Source of the DNA: Bacillota bacterium
GTDB lineage: Bacteria; Bacillota; Clostridia; Oscillospirales; Oscillospiraceae
NCBI GenBank assembly: GCA_022784505.1
Contig: JALFUQ010000056.1
Location: 1,799 to 65,798 of the forward strand
Reading direction: 5' to 3'
DNA: 64,000 nt
The notes beneath the pieces were generated by a model that worked only from the letters and a program-made list of their open reading frames with translations, ran no database searches and was not told the origin of the DNA. Within the stretch, counting starts at the first letter, position 1. The number at the start of each line of letters is the position of its first letter. Positions 1-10,219 of this stretch are shown piece by piece. The translations under genes were made by a program, and so were the position numbers.

Positions 1-986
1 ATATCAAGGCTGTGATAGACGTCAGCAATATAAAGCAACCTAATGACATGACTTGGGCGTATGAGCTTCAGTATCCCGATGGGATAGATACGAGCGATAT
101 AACTGTTATCAGCAAAACGCCGGAGACAATCAATTTTACCGTAGTCAAAAACGCCACGAAGACCGTCAGCATAAAGGGTAGCTTCGAAGGCGAGATCGCT
201 GAGGGCTGTGTGGCTGAGGAGTTCGTGTTTGAGCCGTCGACCATTGTTATTGAGGGGCCCGAGGAGACACTTGCAAAGATAGACCACGCATGGGTCACCT
301 TCGGCGATGGAACGATAGATTCCTCCTACACCGAGGAGGTCGGCTACAAACTAATGACCGCAGATGGGCAGGAGATATCCACAACAGGTCTCGTCCTGTC
401 GGCAAATGTTGTAACCGCAACGCAGCCTATCCTTATGACCAAGGAGGTCCCACTGACTGTAAATCTCATTCCGGGCGGCGGCGTTGATGAGGACGACTGC
501 ACGGTCACCATTGAGCCCAAGACCCTCAAGATTGCAGGGGACACAAGGCTCGTTGACGATATAAACAGCATTGTTTTGGGCAATATCGACCTTGCCTCGT
601 TCCAGACGAGTTACACTCACACCTTTGCTATAACTCTCGCCGATGAGATACAGAACCTGACCGGCGTTACCGAGGCTAAGGTGACTGTAGCGGTGCGCGG
701 CACACATACAAAAACCTTTACTACAGATAATATATCCTGCAAGAATGTTACCAACGGCTATACGGCAACAATAGATACGAAATCGATTGAGATCACGCTG
801 CGCTCGAAGAATACTGCGGCGCTCGATAAGATCCAGCCGGAGGATATCAGCGTTGTAGTTGACCTCAAGGACTACGGCACGACGACAGGGCAAGTCATTG
901 CGACCGGCACTGTGTATATAAGCCGTGTTGACGGCGTCGGCGCAGTGGGAGATATCCGAATATCGGTGACCATTGCAAAGGATTAG
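1..986 (+). CDS. YbbR-like domain protein (CdaR-type), 5' end probably outside the window
   Basis: Repeated beta-rich YbbR-type modules (KTVSIKGSFEGEIAEG..EPSTIVIEGPEE; KEVPLTVNLIPGG..EPKTLKIAGD). There is no N-terminal TM or signal and the frame is open to the window edge. GTG at 12 is only the first in-window start. Confidence 0.6.
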   Translation, partial: IKAVIDVSNIKQPNDMTWAYELQYPDGIDTSDITVISKTPETINFTVVKNATKTVSIKGSFEGEIAEGCVAEEFVFEPSTIVIEGPEETLAKIDHAWVTFGDGTIDSSYTEEVGYKLMTADGQEISTTGLVLSANVVTATQPILMTKEVPLTVNLIPGGGVDEDDCTVTIEPKTLKIAGDTRLVDDINSIVLGNIDLASFQTSYTHTFAITLADEIQNLTGVTEAKVTVAVRGTHTKTFTTDNISCKNVTNGYTATIDTKSIEITLRSKNTAALDKIQPEDISVVVDLKDYGTTTGQVIATGTVYISRVDGVGAVGDIRISVTIAKD

Positions 987-1001
987 GAAACGGAGAAGAG
1001 C

Positions 1002-1409
1002 ATGACTCAGGATGCAGTTGTAACAAGAGTTTTTCATAATGGACTGGCAGAGGTCGCCGTAACAAGGGGCACTGCCTGCGGCAGCAATTGCGGTAACTGC
1101 GAAAGCTGCGCGTTTCAAAACGAACTGAAAGCTATCGCAAAAAACACCGTCCATGCGCTACCCGGCGAAAAGGTAGTTATTGAAAGTGTTTCATCGAGAA
1201 TTTTCGGCGCAGCATTTCTGCTGTACATCGTTCCGATCGTCGCAATGGCTATCGGCTACGCCATCGCCGCCGCGAACTCGCTCACTGAAGGCATGTGCAT
1301 CGTTGTGGCTTTTGCGGCCTTTGTCTTGGCAGTGATTGTAGTTGTTATATATCAGCGGATAAGTAAGCGCAAAAATCCCATTACCTTTGAGATAACTCAG
1401 CTGCGCTGA
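1002..1409 (+). CDS. RseC/MucC family (SoxR-reducing system) small membrane protein
   Basis: N-terminal GxAxVxV plus Cys cluster (CGSNCGNCESC), followed by two TM helices. This is the typical RseC architecture. Confidence 0.65.
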   Translation: MTQDAVVTRVFHNGLAEVAVTRGTACGSNCGNCESCAFQNELKAIAKNTVHALPGEKVVIESVSSRIFGAAFLLYIVPIVAMAIGYAIAAANSLTEGMCIVVAFAAFVLAVIVVVIYQRISKRKNPITFEITQLR

Positions 1410-1421
1410 CAGGAGGATAAA

Positions 1422-2300
1422 ATGATAAAAAGCATGACCGGATACGGCAGCGCGAAGGGCACTGTTGAGGGTATCGAAGTTTGCGTAGAGCTTAAAAGCG
1501 TCAATAACAAGTTTTTGGACACGTCTGTCAGGCTGCCTAGAAGTTTCCTTTTCACTGAGGAGACTATCAAGTCTGCGGTAATGACGCATATAACACGCGG
1601 CAAGGTCGATGTGTTCGTAACTGTCGACACCTCCATGGCAGACGACATGGTCGTCAAGGTGAATGAGCCCCTGCTCAAGGGCTATATTGCTGCACTCAAG
1701 CAGATAGCAAAGGACAACGATCTGCCGAACGATATTACGACGATGAGCATCAGCAGATTTCCTGATGTTTTGAATGTCGAGAAAAAGGAGCTTGATGCCG
1801 AAGCGGTCGCCGCGGGTATTCGCAATATCGCCGAGCAGGCCCTGTGCGACTTTGACGCGATGCGCATAAGGGAGGGCGCAAAACTCAAGGAGGATGTGCT
1901 CTCAAAGCTCGAGACTATAGAAAAGCTCGTCGGTATAATCGAGGTTGAGTCTCCCAAAACCGTTGATGAGTATAGAGAAAAGCTCCGTCAGAAGCTTCTT
2001 GAGGTACTCGGAACATCGGGTATCGACGAGACTAGGATAGTCACTGAGGCCGCCATTTTTGCCGACAAGGTCGCAGTCGATGAGGAGACTGTCAGACTTC
2101 GCAGCCACATGGCACAGCTCAGAACCATGCTTGACGGCGGCTCACCCATAGGCCGGAAGATAGACTTCCTGCTCCAAGAGTTTAACCGCGAGGCAAACAC
2201 CATCGGCTCGAAGTGCCAAAACGCCGACATTGCCCATGTCGTCGTCGACCTTAAGTCGGAGATTGAGAAGATAAGAGAGCAAATTCAAAACATAGAGTGA
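1422..2300 (+). CDS. YicC/YloC family stress-induced protein
   Basis: Starts MIKSMTGYG and ends REANTIGSK...EQIQNIE, with an AGGAGG RBS upstream. It sits in the conserved yloC-remA-gmk-rpoZ context. Confidence 0.85.
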   Translation: MIKSMTGYGSAKGTVEGIEVCVELKSVNNKFLDTSVRLPRSFLFTEETIKSAVMTHITRGKVDVFVTVDTSMADDMVVKVNEPLLKGYIAALKQIAKDNDLPNDITTMSISRFPDVLNVEKKELDAEAVAAGIRNIAEQALCDFDAMRIREGAKLKEDVLSKLETIEKLVGIIEVESPKTVDEYREKLRQKLLEVLGTSGIDETRIVTEAAIFADKVAVDEETVRLRSHMAQLRTMLDGGSPIGRKIDFLLQEFNREANTIGSKCQNADIAHVVVDLKSEIEKIREQIQNIE

Positions 2301-2310
2301 GGATTTTGCA

Positions 2311-2571
2311 TTGAAACTTGTTAACATCGGATTCGGAAACATGGTTTCGGCAGAGCGCATTATCGCCGCCGTCAGCCCCGAATCTGCACCGATAAAGCGT
2401 GTTATACAGGATGTCAGAGACAGGGGGCAGCTCATTGATGCCTCGTTCGGACGAAGCACAAAGGCCGTTCTCGTCATGGACAGTGGACATGTTATTTTAT
2501 CATCGTTGACACCGGAGGCATTGGCGACACGAATTTCAAACATAAGCGAGGAAGGGATAGAAAATGGCTAA
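2311..2571 (+). CDS. remA: RemA/YlzA (DUF370) regulator
   Basis: [41 protein letters not shown] is a very typical RemA sequence. TTG start sits after a GAGGA RBS. Confidence 0.8.
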   Translation: MKLVNIGFGNMVSAERIIAAVSPESAPIKRVIQDVRDRGQLIDASFGRSTKAVLVMDSGHVILSSLTPEALATRISNISEEGIENG

Positions 2572-3166
2572 ACAAAGAGGAAAACTGATCGTAATTTCCG
2601 GACCGTCCGGAGCGGGCAAGAGCACCGTTGTGTTTAAGGCACTTGAAGGCAGAGATGATGTCTGCTTCTCAGTTTCTGCAACAACCAGAAAGCCCAGACC
2701 CGGCGAGATCGACGGCAAGGAATACTTTTTCGTTGACCTGGACAAGTTCAGGGACATGGTCGCAAACGACGAATTTCTTGAGCATGCTGTCTATGTCGCA
2801 AACTCATATGGCACGCCGAGAGCGTATGTGGAAAAGAAGCTCGACGAGGGCATGAACGTTCTTCTTGATATTGAGGTTCAGGGGGCGCTCCAAGTCCACG
2901 AAAAGATGCCCGACGCGGTCATGATCTTCATTATTCCGCCCTCCATTGAGGAGCTCGAAAAGCGCCTCAGAAGCCGCGGCACCGACTCCGAGCGCAAAAT
3001 TGAAGCAAGGCTCATCCGCGCCCGTGAGGAGTACGAAGCGGCCACGTTTTATGATTACATTATCATAAATGACGATGCAGACAAGGCGGCAAAGGAGTTT
3101 TCCGCAATAATCACTGCCGAGTACTGCAAATATGATTTGAGAAAAAACTTATTAAGTGAGGTTTGA
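2564..3166 (+). CDS. gmk: guanylate kinase
   Basis: P-loop GPSGAGKST, plus the [15 protein letters not shown] motifs. Confidence 0.9.
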   Translation: MAKQRGKLIVISGPSGAGKSTVVFKALEGRDDVCFSVSATTRKPRPGEIDGKEYFFVDLDKFRDMVANDEFLEHAVYVANSYGTPRAYVEKKLDEGMNVLLDIEVQGALQVHEKMPDAVMIFIIPPSIEELEKRLRSRGTDSERKIEARLIRAREEYEAATFYDYIIINDDADKAAKEFSAIITAEYCKYDLRKNLLSEV

Positions 3167-3171
3167 TCGTT

Positions 3172-3363
3172 ATGATGCTTTATCCCCCTGTCGCTGAATT
3201 GGTCGAGAAGACCGGCAGCCGTTATCAGCTTGTTAATCTCGTTGCCAAGAGAGCCCGTGACATTTCCGCCGAAGCGGAAGAGACAGGCGAAATTCTTGAC
3301 AAGAAGCCCGTTTCCTCGGCTATAGACGAGGTCTACACCGGCAAACTGACCATTAAGAAGTAA
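3172..3363 (+). CDS. rpoZ: DNA-directed RNA polymerase subunit omega
   Basis: The small protein downstream of gmk contains GSRYQLVNLVAKRAR. ATG at 3172 was chosen over TTG at 3163 on RBS spacing. Confidence 0.8.
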   Translation: MMLYPPVAELVEKTGSRYQLVNLVAKRARDISAEAEETGEILDKKPVSSAIDEVYTGKLTIKK

Positions 3364-3427
3364 TTGACCCTACGCTCAGCGGAGCAGTACACTCCGCTGG
3401 GCTTTAGACTCTTATAGGAGGCGGCGT

Positions 3428-5680
3428 ATGGCTGAAGCAAAGGTCGCAAAAATTGCGGTTTCTGCCGCTACATACTGGTTGGACAAGCCATACGACTACC
3501 TTATCCCCGAAGACATGCAGGGGAAAGTTACCCCGGGCGTGCGCGTGATCGTCCCGTTTTCGCGGGGCAACAGGCAGAGCGAGGGCATTGTCCTTAGCGT
3601 ATCCGATCACAGCGATTTTGGTGATAAGCTAAAGCCTGTGATATCCGTTTTGGACACTGAGCCCGTTTTGACGCTTTCGCAGATAAAGCTTGCACTTTGG
3701 ATGCACGACAGACTTTTCTGCACCGTTTACGATGCTGTAAAGGCGATACTTCCGGCCGGGCTTTGGTTTAAGCCCAACGGCAGCCGCAGGATAAACGATA
3801 AAACGGTCGAGTTTGTCGAGCTTGCCGTAAGCGTCGAGGAAGCATCAGAGCTTTCGCAGTCAAAGCGCCGCAAAGCGCCCCAGCAGGCATCGATACTTGA
3901 GCTTTTGTGCTCTACCGGCAGAGTCCCGGCGCAGGAGCTCCTGAATTTTACCGGCGCATCAAGGCAGTCACTCAAAGCGCTTATAAACGCAGGCTTTGTC
4001 GCTTCGGTGTTTGAGGAAGTCTTCAGGCGGCCGGAGGTCTGGAACGGCGAAATTCAGCCGATACCCGAGCTCAACTCCGACCAGCAAAACGCCTTTGACG
4101 GACTAAGTGAGCTTTTAAGATCAGACAAGCCGCAGGCGGCGCTGCTGTTCGGAGTTACGGGGAGCGGCAAAACTGCCGTGTATATCCACCTTATCGACAA
4201 GGTCTTGAACGAAGGCAAAACTGCGATTTTGCTCGTTCCCGAGATTGCGCTGACACCGCAGATGATACGCACATTTTCAAGCTACTTCGGCGACAGCGTT
4301 GCTGTACTGCACAGTTCACTGTCCATCGGCGAGCGGTACGACGAGTGGAAGCGGGTCAAAAACGGCTCTGCCAGACTTGTTATCGGCACAAGAAGTGCGA
4401 TTTTTGCCCCGTGTAAAGAGCTTGGTCTTATCATAATCGACGAGGAGCAGGAGGATAGCTACAAGTCCGAAAACTCACCGAGATACCATGCGAGGGATAT
4501 CGCAAAATATCTCTGTGCAAAGTCAAATTCGCTCCTGCTGCTGGGCTCAGCGACCCCCGACCTTGAGAGTCGGTACTCGGCTCAAATAGGCAGGTACAAG
4601 TTTTTCACCTTGAGTAAGAGATATAACAAAATGCTCCTGCCGACGGTGAAGATTGTCGACATGAAGGGAGAGCTTAGAAGCGGCAACGGCGGCGATATTA
4701 GCGCAGAACTTCGAGATGAGCTTGCCGAAAATATCGTCCATGGCGAGCAAAGCATTCTGTTTTTAAACAGGCGAGGGACAAATAAGCTCATCTGCTGCGG
4801 CGACTGCGGTTTTATCTACAAATGCCCGAATTGCAGCGTTTCGCTGACCTATCACAGCTCAAAAAAGCGGCTCATGTGCCACTATTGCGGCTACTCACGC
4901 CGAGTTGATGACCGATGCCCCGAGTGCGGCGGTACCCTCAGCTTTTTGGGCTCGGGTACGCAGCTTATTGAGGAGGAATTGCATGAGCTATTTCCAGAGG
5001 TGCCCGTCCTGCGTATGGACATCGACACTGTCAAGGCTGCCGGGACTCACAAAGCGCTGCTTGAGAAGTTCTACGCCGGCAAGATACCCATAATGATAGG
5101 CACGCAGATGGTCACAAAGGGGCTAAATTTTGAGAATGTCACGCTTATCGGCGTCCTGTCGGCAGACCAAAGCCTTTACTGCGGCGATTATCGCTCGGGC
5201 GAACGCACCTTTTCGCTGATAACGCAGGTCGTTGGGCGCAGCGGCAGAGGTTCAAAGGTTGGCAGAGCAATTATCCAAACCTACACGCCTGATAACGAGA
5301 TAATAAAGCTTGCGGCGATGCAGGATTACGAAAGCTTTTATGAATCGGAGATCCAGCTGCGCAGGCTTCAAATGACCCCGCCGTTTGCCGATATCATTGC
5401 GTTAACCGCATCCGGCCAGGACGAAAACGCCGTTTTGCGCTGCTGCACGGATATCCGCAGCACCCTGCGGGCATCGATCAAAGACGAGTATGCAAAGATC
5501 CTCGGCCCTGCGCCGCTTGCGGTCGTCAAGGTAAATAACCGCTACAGATACCGCGTCAGCATTAGCTGCAAGATAGATGCCGAGATACGCTCGGTCGTTT
5601 CGGCGATACTCATAAAATTCAATTCATCGGGAAAATACAAGGGTGTCAGCGTTTTTGCCGATTCTAACCCTTCAGATTAG
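3428..5680 (+). CDS. priA: primosomal replication restart helicase PriA
   Basis: Walker A GVTGSGKT, DEEQ box and Cys-rich zinc region CGDCG..CPNC..CHYCG..CPECG, with AGGAGG RBS. Confidence 0.9.
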   Translation: MAEAKVAKIAVSAATYWLDKPYDYLIPEDMQGKVTPGVRVIVPFSRGNRQSEGIVLSVSDHSDFGDKLKPVISVLDTEPVLTLSQIKLALWMHDRLFCTVYDAVKAILPAGLWFKPNGSRRINDKTVEFVELAVSVEEASELSQSKRRKAPQQASILELLCSTGRVPAQELLNFTGASRQSLKALINAGFVASVFEEVFRRPEVWNGEIQPIPELNSDQQNAFDGLSELLRSDKPQAALLFGVTGSGKTAVYIHLIDKVLNEGKTAILLVPEIALTPQMIRTFSSYFGDSVAVLHSSLSIGERYDEWKRVKNGSARLVIGTRSAIFAPCKELGLIIIDEEQEDSYKSENSPRYHARDIAKYLCAKSNSLLLLGSATPDLESRYSAQIGRYKFFTLSKRYNKMLLPTVKIVDMKGELRSGNGGDISAELRDELAENIVHGEQSILFLNRRGTNKLICCGDCGFIYKCPNCSVSLTYHSSKKRLMCHYCGYSRRVDDRCPECGGTLSFLGSGTQLIEEELHELFPEVPVLRMDIDTVKAAGTHKALLEKFYAGKIPIMIGTQMVTKGLNFENVTLIGVLSADQSLYCGDYRSGERTFSLITQVVGRSGRGSKVGRAIIQTYTPDNEIIKLAAMQDYESFYESEIQLRRLQMTPPFADIIALTASGQDENAVLRCCTDIRSTLRASIKDEYAKILGPAPLAVVKVNNRYRYRVSISCKIDAEIRSVVSAILIKFNSSGKYKGVSVFADSNPSD

Positions 5681-5697
5681 TATATGGAGTGTACGAT

Positions 5698-6201
5698 ATG
5701 GCACTGAGAAACATAGTTACAAAGGAAGACAAGATACTTTACAAGGTTTGCAGACCGGTTGTGAAATTCAACGATCGGCTCCACCAGCTGCTTGACGATA
5801 TGGCGGACACTCTCTCGGATGCCGGCGGCGTCGGCCTTGCTGCGCCGCAGGTAGGCGTACTGCGCCGCGCGGTGCTCGTTTTGGAGACAAATGTTGAGGA
5901 GGACGAGGATGAGTTTATAATTGAGCTTATAAACCCCGAGATACTCGAGACCTCCGGAGAACAGGTAGGGGCAGAGGGCTGCCTCAGCGTACCGGGCGAA
6001 TACGGCGTTGTACGCAGACCCGATCATGTCAAGGTCAAGGCGCAGGATCGCTTCGGCGAGTGGTTCGAGTACGAGGGTGAGGGCCTGACCGCACGCTGCA
6101 TTTTGCACGAGTGCGACCATCTTGACGGTCACCTGTTCCTCGAAAAGTGCGAGAGGATGCTGACCGAGGAAGAGATAAACGGCCCTGCCGAGGAGGAATA
6201 A
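5698..6201 (+). CDS. def: peptide deformylase
   Basis: GVGLAAPQ, EGCLS and HECDHL motifs. ATG at 5698 lies 8 nt after GGAG, and the ORF-track start at 5689 is a GTG. Confidence 0.9.
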   Translation: MALRNIVTKEDKILYKVCRPVVKFNDRLHQLLDDMADTLSDAGGVGLAAPQVGVLRRAVLVLETNVEEDEDEFIIELINPEILETSGEQVGAEGCLSVPGEYGVVRRPDHVKVKAQDRFGEWFEYEGEGLTARCILHECDHLDGHLFLEKCERMLTEEEINGPAEEE

Positions 6202-7125
6202 ATGCGCATTGTTTTTATGGGTACGCCCGACTTTGCGGCGGCCTCGCTGAAAAAGCTTATAGATGAAAAATACGATATCGCAGCCGTGTTTACCCAGCCG
6301 GACAAGCCGAGAAACCGCGGCATGCAGTTATCGTTCAGCCCCGTCAAGCAGCTTGCGGTCGATAATAACATCCCCGTTTATCAGCCGACAAAGCTCCGTG
6401 ACGGCACGGCAACGGAGATAATCAGATCGCTTAACCCCGACATTCTCGTCGTGGTCGCCTACGGCAGAATACTGCCCGACGATATGCTGAGCATCGCAAA
6501 GTTCGGCGCTATAAATGTCCATGCATCGCTCCTGCCCAAGTACAGAGGCGCAGCGCCCATCCAGTGGGCGGTGCTCAACGGCGATAAGGTCACCGGTGTA
6601 TCGACGATGTATCTTGCATCCGAAATGGATACCGGCGATGTCATATACACTGCCGAGACCGAGATAGGCGAGTTTGAGACATCTGGTGAGCTGTTTGACA
6701 GGCTTATGGTCATGGGAGCTGAGCTTCTGCACAAGACACTGACCGACATTGAGGCCGGTAATGCACCCAGAACGCCGCAGAACCATGCTGATGCAAGCTA
6801 TGTGACGATGCTCGATAAGAGCCTCAGCCCCATTGACTGGAGCAAAACGCCACGTGAGATAGTCAAGTGGGTGTATGGTTTGCAGCCGTGGCCTGTCGCC
6901 ACGATGCAGCTTGGCGGCGATACCTTCAAGGTCTACGCCGCAACATACACAGAGACTAAGACCGCCAAAGCCCCGGGCAGCATAGTTTCCGCCGGCAAAA
7001 AAGGTATAGAGATCGCCTGCGCAGGCGGTCAGACGGTACTCATTACCGAACTTCAAGCCCCAGGCAAAAAGAGAATGAAGGCCGCAGATTATCTACTCGG
7101 CCACCCGATAAAAGTAGAGGATTAA
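6202..7125 (+). CDS. fmt: methionyl-tRNA formyltransferase
   Basis: MRIVFMGTPDFA..., HASLLPKYRGAAPIQWA, and def-fmt synteny. Confidence 0.9.
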   Translation: MRIVFMGTPDFAAASLKKLIDEKYDIAAVFTQPDKPRNRGMQLSFSPVKQLAVDNNIPVYQPTKLRDGTATEIIRSLNPDILVVVAYGRILPDDMLSIAKFGAINVHASLLPKYRGAAPIQWAVLNGDKVTGVSTMYLASEMDTGDVIYTAETEIGEFETSGELFDRLMVMGAELLHKTLTDIEAGNAPRTPQNHADASYVTMLDKSLSPIDWSKTPREIVKWVYGLQPWPVATMQLGGDTFKVYAATYTETKTAKAPGSIVSAGKKGIEIACAGGQTVLITELQAPGKKRMKAADYLLGHPIKVED

Positions 7126-7126
7126 C

Positions 7127-8434
7127 ATGCCCGACAATGCAAGACTGGCTGCCTTGACCGCTTTGGAGCGATGCAGACGAAGCGGCGCGTGGTCATCTGC
7201 GGCGCTTGATGCCGTGATAACTAAATATGAGCTTGACCCGAGGTCGGCCGCTCTTGCGTCGAACATTTTCCTTGGCGTTACGCAGAATGTAACACTTCTT
7301 GACCACTGTATTGGAAAATACTGTACCACAAAAAGCAAGATCGAGCCTAAGGTTCGCGACATACTGCGCTGTGCGGTGTATCAGATAGCCTTTATGGACA
7401 AAATACCCGTAAATGCTGCCGTAAACGAGGCAGTCGAGCAGTGCAAAAAGCTTGGCTACTCAAGGGCTTCCGGCTTTACTAACGCAGTATTGCGCAAAAT
7501 TTCATCAAGCAGGGAAGCGGCACTCAATGTTGACAATGAGGGCACGGCTGAGTATTTGTCAATTAGATACAGCCACCCACTGTGGCTTTGCGAGTACATG
7601 GTCAATCACCACGGATATGAGTTTGCCGAAAATTTTTTCGCCGAGAATAACCGTGAGCCCCAGACGACTATACAGGTCAATACGTTGAAAACAACAGCCC
7701 CGGAATTGCTTACAAAGCTCACCGAAAGCGGAGTTGACGCAAAACTGCACCCATGGCTTGAAAATTGCCTGATAGTCAAGGGGAATGTTACGGCGCTCAA
7801 TGGCTTTGACGAAGGATTATTCTATGTTCAGGACCCCGCGGCGAGGGCAGCGGTGACGATAGCTGAGCTAAAGTCCGGCACGAATGTGCTTGATGCATGC
7901 GCCGCCCCGGGCGGCAAGAGCTTCGCCGCGGCAATCGATATGCGCAATACGGGCAGCATTTTGTCCTGCGATCTGCACGAAAAGAAGCTTTCACTCATTA
8001 AAACCGGCGCAAAACGGCTTGGGATAGACATCATCGACACCCAAGTTCGGGACGCACGAAGCCCGCTGGATGAAAAGTTTGATGTAATTATCGTCGACGT
8101 ACCGTGCTCGGGTTACGGTGTTATCCGCAAAAAGCCCGATATCCGCTTTAAGCCGGAGAAAGAGCGCCTTTCACTGCCGGATATCCAGTATGCGATACTC
8201 AATAACCTGTCTAATTCACTTAAACCGTGCGGTGCGCTCATATATTCCACCTGTACGGTGTTTCGCGAGGAAAACGAGGATGTCGTGAGCCGCTTTTTAG
8301 CTGCGCATCCCGATTTTGAAACGGTGCAATTTACTTTGCCTAGCGGCAAAAAAGCCAGCGGAATGTACACATTTTGGCCGCATATAGATGGCACAGACGG
8401 ATTTTTTGTATGCAAGCTCAGGAGAAAACAATGA
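7127..8434 (+). CDS. rsmB: 16S rRNA (cytosine967-C5)-methyltransferase
   Basis: NusB-like N-terminus plus SAM methyltransferase motifs (DACAAPGGKS, DVPCSG, YSTCT). Confidence 0.85.
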   Translation: MPDNARLAALTALERCRRSGAWSSAALDAVITKYELDPRSAALASNIFLGVTQNVTLLDHCIGKYCTTKSKIEPKVRDILRCAVYQIAFMDKIPVNAAVNEAVEQCKKLGYSRASGFTNAVLRKISSSREAALNVDNEGTAEYLSIRYSHPLWLCEYMVNHHGYEFAENFFAENNREPQTTIQVNTLKTTAPELLTKLTESGVDAKLHPWLENCLIVKGNVTALNGFDEGLFYVQDPAARAAVTIAELKSGTNVLDACAAPGGKSFAAAIDMRNTGSILSCDLHEKKLSLIKTGAKRLGIDIIDTQVRDARSPLDEKFDVIIVDVPCSGYGVIRKKPDIRFKPEKERLSLPDIQYAILNNLSNSLKPCGALIYSTCTVFREENEDVVSRFLAAHPDFETVQFTLPSGKKASGMYTFWPHIDGTDGFFVCKLRRKQ

Positions 8435-9465
8435 AAGATATAAAATCAATGCTGCCCGAGGAGATCGCAGCCGATTTTGCCGAGCTTGGCGAGCCGAGAT
8501 ACAGGGCAAAGCAGGTGTACAAGTGGCTGACCCGAGGTGTCGGCTCGTTTGATGAGATGAGCGATATCCCAAAATCACTCAGGGAAAAGCTCGAAAAGCA
8601 GTACACCATCTATAAACCCAAGGTCATAAAAAAACAGGTATCCAAGCTTGACGGCACAATAAAATATCTCTGGGAGCTGTACGACGGCAACGCCGTTGAG
8701 ACAGTCGTCATGAGCTATAAGCACGGCAACACCGTTTGCGTGTCATCGCAGGTCGGATGCAGGCAGGGCTGCGCATTCTGCGCATCTACGATAGGCGGCC
8801 TTGTCCGCTGTCTTGAGCCGTCGGAGATACTCGATGAGGTGCTGTTTTCGCAGATAGACTCGGGCAAGCAAATATCAAATATCGTTCTGATGGGCATCGG
8901 CGAGCCGCTCGATAACTTTGACAATGTTGTGAGGTTTCTTAAGCTCGTCAACGACTCTGATGGCATGAATATCGGTATGCGGCATATATCGCTATCCACC
9001 TGCGGCATAACCGAACGCTTTGATGAGCTTGCAGATCTCAATTTGCAGCTTACCTTATCGGTGTCGCTCCATGCGCCGGATGACGAGACCCGCTCAAAGA
9101 TAATGCCCGCCAACCGCGGCCGCGGCGTTGATGAGCTTATGGCCTGCTGCAAGCGCTATTACGAGAAGACGGGACGAAGAATTTCGTTTGAGTATATAAT
9201 GATCGACGGCGTTAACGACACCGAGTATCACGCGAGGCTGCTTTCAAAGCACGCAAAAAGCGTATGCGCCCATGTAAATCTCATACCCATGAACCATGTC
9301 GATGAGCGTGAATTTCGCCCCTCGCCCCTGGGCCATATGAAGGCGTTTATAAAGATACTTGAGGAAAACGGCGTTAATGTTACGGTAAGAAGAAAGCTAG
9401 GCGGCGATGTCGACGCATCGTGCGGCCAGCTGCGCAGAAAAATTCAGAAGGGCAAGGAGTGCTAA
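8431..9465 (+). CDS. rlmN: 23S rRNA/tRNA (adenine2503-C2)-methyltransferase, radical SAM
   Basis: CxxxCxFC radical SAM cluster (CRQGCAFCAS), GMGEPL-like motif and C-terminal CGQL. The start at 8431 overlaps the rsmB stop, and the longer ORF-track start at 8374 was rejected. Confidence 0.9.
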   Translation: MKDIKSMLPEEIAADFAELGEPRYRAKQVYKWLTRGVGSFDEMSDIPKSLREKLEKQYTIYKPKVIKKQVSKLDGTIKYLWELYDGNAVETVVMSYKHGNTVCVSSQVGCRQGCAFCASTIGGLVRCLEPSEILDEVLFSQIDSGKQISNIVLMGIGEPLDNFDNVVRFLKLVNDSDGMNIGMRHISLSTCGITERFDELADLNLQLTLSVSLHAPDDETRSKIMPANRGRGVDELMACCKRYYEKTGRRISFEYIMIDGVNDTEYHARLLSKHAKSVCAHVNLIPMNHVDEREFRPSPLGHMKAFIKILEENGVNVTVRRKLGGDVDASCGQLRRKIQKGKEC

Positions 9466-10202
9466 TGAACAGTTTCGGTGTTACCGATAAAGGTAAAGTC
9501 AGAAGCGAAAATCAAGATAGCTATATCGTTGAACGCTGCGACAAGCGAAAAAGTGTTGTTGCCGTCATCTGCGACGGCATGGGCGGCGCAAAGGCCGGTG
9601 ATCTTGCAAGCCAGCTTTCAAGCAAGGCCTTTGTCAGCAGAGTTTTTGAAACACTCATATCGCCGAGGTTCTTTATCGGCAATCAGGAGAAGCTTCTTCG
9701 GGAAAGCTGCGACGACGCTAACGGCGTTGTGTATGAATACTCACGCTTTGACCCGAACTATAACGGCATGGGCACGACACTCGTCGGCGGCATTATCACA
9801 AAGCGCAAGGCTTTTCTTGTCAATGTCGGCGACAGCAGGGCTTATTATCTAACGAAAAGTGAGATAAAGCAGATATCAAAGGATCACTCCTATGTTGAGG
9901 AGCTTGTCGCAATGGGCGCGATAACCAGGGAAGAGGCAAGGACTCATCCCAAAAAGAACATAATCACCAGAGCGCTGGGTGTCGACAGCTCGGTAAAGGC
10001 CGATTATTTCGAGCAGCCTCTTCATATGGGGGACGGCATCCTGCTTTGCTCGGACGGACTATCCAACATCGTAACCGATGCCGAAATGCTCGATGCGTTC
10101 AGACGCTACAACACGCCCGAGAAGGTTTGCGAATATTTGCTGAACCTCGCCCTGGACAGAGGCGCAAGAGATAATGTCTCCGTTGTCCTTGTAAAGATTT
10201 GA
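9465..10202 (+). CDS. prpC: PP2C-family Ser/Thr protein phosphatase (PrpC/Stp)
   Basis: GKVRSENQD, DGMGG, ALGV and RGARDNVSVVLV motifs. The ATG overlaps the rlmN stop (TAATG). Confidence 0.85.
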   Translation: MNSFGVTDKGKVRSENQDSYIVERCDKRKSVVAVICDGMGGAKAGDLASQLSSKAFVSRVFETLISPRFFIGNQEKLLRESCDDANGVVYEYSRFDPNYNGMGTTLVGGIITKRKAFLVNVGDSRAYYLTKSEIKQISKDHSYVEELVAMGAITREEARTHPKKNIITRALGVDSSVKADYFEQPLHMGDGILLCSDGLSNIVTDAEMLDAFRRYNTPEKVCEYLLNLALDRGARDNVSVVLVKI

Positions 10203-10219
10203 TGTTTGTAGGTGCTGCT

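Noticed and set aside
8374-8430. Upstream in-frame extensions of rlmN. Similar extensions exist for dapA (17255-17395), argR (58506-58556), ispA (63010-63105), trmK (27294-27353) and the C_GCAxxG gene (56071-56085).
   Set aside because: The extensions overlap upstream genes, terminators or leaders and lack an RBS. Internal ATGs with good Shine-Dalgarno spacing give family-typical N-termini.
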